From Calcarisporiella thermophila CBS 279.70 (taxonomy: Eukaryota > Fungi > Calcarisporiellomycota), in the NCBI RefSeq assembly GCF_041956535.1, contig NW_027192206.1, positions 664,670 through 715,185 on the forward strand: a stretch of DNA of 50,516 bases. The letters are read 5' to 3'. The translations under genes were made by a program, and so were the position numbers. This document shows, in pieces, positions 47,873-50,516 of the stretch; positions within the stretch are counted from its first letter, which is position 1, and every line of letters starts with the position of its first letter. The notes beneath the pieces were generated by a model. The model did no database searches. It was not told the origin of the DNA and worked only from the letters and a program-made list of their open reading frames with translations.

Positions 47873-48082
47873 CCATGTAATAAGGCGAGAACAAGGTTTT
47901 TATAATAATAAATAATAGGGATAACAAGATAAAACAAGGTATAACTGAGTTAAGAACAAGGTAAGAAACAAGATAAGAAACAAGGTAAAGTTTAATAACA
48001 TGTAGTTGTTAATATTTAAAGGAATCAAGATAAAATCAGGCGATAAATAAGATCAAGCGATAATTTAGAATTGTTACACAGG
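47873..48082. repeat. A-rich (AACAAG)n-like tract, possible MITE
   Basis: Repeated AACAAG(A/G)T units bounded by imperfect inverted ends CCATGTAA...TTACACAGG. Confidence 0.35.
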
Positions 48083-48114
48083 TTAATAAAGTGTTACTGG
48101 TACTAGGTAATATT

Positions 48115-48796
48115 TGGTAGTCGTGACAGGTGTCGGGTCTGTTCCCTTACACTCCTCCTCTATCTCGTCTCTCCTCTTTCTTTTTAGAACCCTGTTTGCT
48201 GCAATACGAGATGGTTCCATAACGACTTTGGGCACTAGGAAGTCAGGCAGAATTCAGAATACGTTTGAAGTTTTTTAACTATTAAGAATTTTTGGAAGGA
48301 TTAGTTACCTGGTATGCACTTTACTGCTCGATTCGTTTTTGGAGTGGGAGTTGAACCCCTTTGATTATTCGACTGCGCCCCTTTCAGTCGTGTACCGTCT
48401 GTACATAATAGATAATGGCAAATTAATAGAAAGAGTAATGATTTGTAAACTAGACATCGCATTGTGAAGTAGATGATACAGTTTTCGATTCAACTACTCG
48501 AGCAGTACGCGATTTGTTCTTATCAAACCTAAAGCGCAGCCGCCTTAAAAATTCCCGTGGAAACTTTTCAAAAACTACGGAGAACAGTTTTTTTCATTTC
48601 TCTTTTTTGAAGGATGGCAAGCTGCCTGAGAGGTGATAGTAAAGAATTGAGCAATGATGTCCAATTGTTCTTTGTAAGCAAGTGAAGATGAAGTTTCCTT
48701 CAAAGCTATCTTGCCATTCTCCTGTGAAGCATTTGAAATAAACCGAGCCCAAAACTGGTAAACAAACCGGGGAATGGACGTAGAGAATGATGTCAT
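48115..48796 (-). pseudogene. Degenerate gene sharing its promoter and N-terminus (STSIPR) with the CRN-like gene
   Basis: MTSFSTSIPRF versus MSLSTSIPRL at 37059, with a shared upstream module. Multiple stops and a residual GT-AG intron near 48237-48309. Confidence 0.5.
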
Positions 48797-49202
48797 AATA
48801 TATATAAAAGTGAGATATAAGAGGTTTATAATTGGTATAAAACAAGAATAAAAATTTAACGATAAAAATTTGAGAAATGGTAAAGTCTTCGAGAATTATC
48901 TCTCTTGTTTTTGAATTTTTAAAGGAGATATTAACATTTGCAGATGATTCTGAAACTTTGATTCTATATTTTCTAAATTCAGTATATTTGATCAAATCAC
49001 CCTTATGACCAATTCATTAAAAATGGACAAACCCCCAAAATTTCCGGAGATACTTTTGGCGATGACGTCGTTAGCGTCTTAGGTTGCTCTTTAAATTGCT
49101 CTAAGATATCGAAAATAGGAAAACTACTTATTAATCTTAGGAACAAATCCATTAATTTTCACTTTTTGTTTCCAATTTTACAGATCACTTTACTCTCAAC
49201 TC

Positions 49203-50269
49203 ATGCCACTAGAATCCGATTCTCAAGTGTGCATGATCTGTGATCATACTCACACTGGCACCGATTGCATCCCCAGTATCAATTATTTCGACTGTGAATC
49301 TACATCTGGAGAGGAACTCTATTCCGATGCTGGAACCAGTAATCAAGAAGAGCCAAGCAATAAGAGAGTCAAATTAGATGCTCCAGTGAATAGTGAAATT
49401 GAAGACAGCACGTTGGTGGTTGATCTAGAAAAATTCAACGGTTTTCCAATTCATGATCAGAATGATTTTTACCGACTCCGCAAATCACCAGGGCTGGTGT
49501 ACTTCGACCGCACACAATACATATCAACAATCGAGAATTTTACAGAAAGAGTTCTACTTTTTTTACGACCACGCCGTTTTGGCAAATCTCTGACCTTAAG
49601 CATGTTAGCTTACTTTCATGGTTTGGAGCACAAGAAGAAATATCAAACAATATTCCAGGTTCAAACACAATATTTACTATAGTTTAGATTTGTATTTAAT
49701 GCCAAGTTGATTCAATCTAATATTTCCAGGATCTCGCGATAGATCGAGATGTTCAGGCTAAAAAGATAATTCCCGGTCAATACTTAGTCCTATCTTTCGA
49801 TTTCGCAGGAGTCAACCGTACTAGTGATATCGGGAAGGCTGAACGTGAACTTGCAAAAATGATAAACAGAGCTATTGGCCGGTTTTACAGGTCCTATGCT
49901 TCGTATCTGGGGAACAAAATTATCCAAATTGATTACCTCGACATTCCACCTTCTATTTCACAAGGACACATACGTGGTCAAAAAGCATTAAGCCTTAGCA
50001 ATATTATAGACACAAATACCTTAGTACAGCTTAAATTTAATTGCAGAGACCAATTCCGACCAGGACAGACTATTATTCAATGGGTTCATTCAAGCGGCGG
50101 CCCACATGAACAATTATTGAATTATTGGGAGAGTCCCGATATAACAGCTTTACGTGATAAGCATGCAGTATATGCTTACCTAGTTCTCATTATTGGCTCT
50201 CGCAAAATTTTAGTTTGGAAAATGGGCAATAATTCCACCTTCAATGGGCCTATACTAGCAGGAATGTAA
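49203..50269 (+). CDS. AAA-ATPase-like / PD-(D/E)XK-associated family gene, apparently internally deleted (331 aa, 2 exons)
   Basis: YFDRTQYI, Walker A LFLRPRRFGKSL, intron 49659-49729, YLVLSFDF. It then continues into a C-terminal-type segment (IQIDYLD...QLLNY...YLVLIIGSRKIL) with no Walker B. Confidence 0.7.
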
Positions 50270-50516
50270 TGTAAGAATATTTTAGCACTGATTCTTATCT
50301 CTCTGCATATATACACAAAATACTATGCCTTAATTAATTGATGAAATCAAGATGAAAGAGTCTCCACTGCGAAAAAAAAGAGGAGAAAGGCAATATGAAG
50401 CATCAAGAATAACAAAGATGAACATGGAAAACGCAGATGGGGAGATTTTGATGCACGGAGAGAGGGAGATAATTGGCGGAACACAAAGATAGGGTCGAAG
50501 ACATGATGATAGATAA

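Noticed and set aside
1-50516. CRISPR array, rRNA, or an NLR (NACHT/NB-ARC) partner for the patatin
   Set aside because: No repeat-spacer array or rRNA-like sequence was seen; the two P-loop genes are CRN/AAA-like types without TPR, WD or ANK repeats.

Overview
AT-rich, intron-containing eukaryotic DNA (short GT-AG introns, mostly 60-110 nt), most consistent with a non-Dikarya fungus because of the Crinkler-type and AAA-ATPase-like genes; the taxon is an inference. It is a decaying accessory region. Apparently intact genes: a small Cys-rich secreted protein, two S1 serine proteases, an ABHD4/5-Cld1-like hydrolase, an MHR-only transcription-factor-like gene, a secreted BBE-like FAD oxidoreductase, an N-domain-only SEC18/NSF paralog, carboxypeptidase Q, a patatin, a GST and an SMP/LEA-like protein. 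Relics: a second FAD oxidoreductase, a Zn2Cys6 factor with one nonsense codon, Crinkler-like genes, Ty3/gypsy fragments, a tRNA-derived SINE-like element and a head-to-head cyanase/beta-carbonic anhydrase pair. Main leads: (1) three broken copies of an unrecognised, intronless ~740-codon gene with repeated Cys/His modules, a candidate endogenised mycovirus segment; (2) a patatin whose first exon encodes tandem HET-s(HRAM)-like and RHIM-like motifs, a candidate amyloid-signalling effector; (3) the cyanase-carbonic anhydrase cluster; (4) an LTR-derived 150-bp foldback with a half-tRNA-Lys primer site spanning an apparently spurious assembly gap. All gene models were built by hand and no database searches were run.
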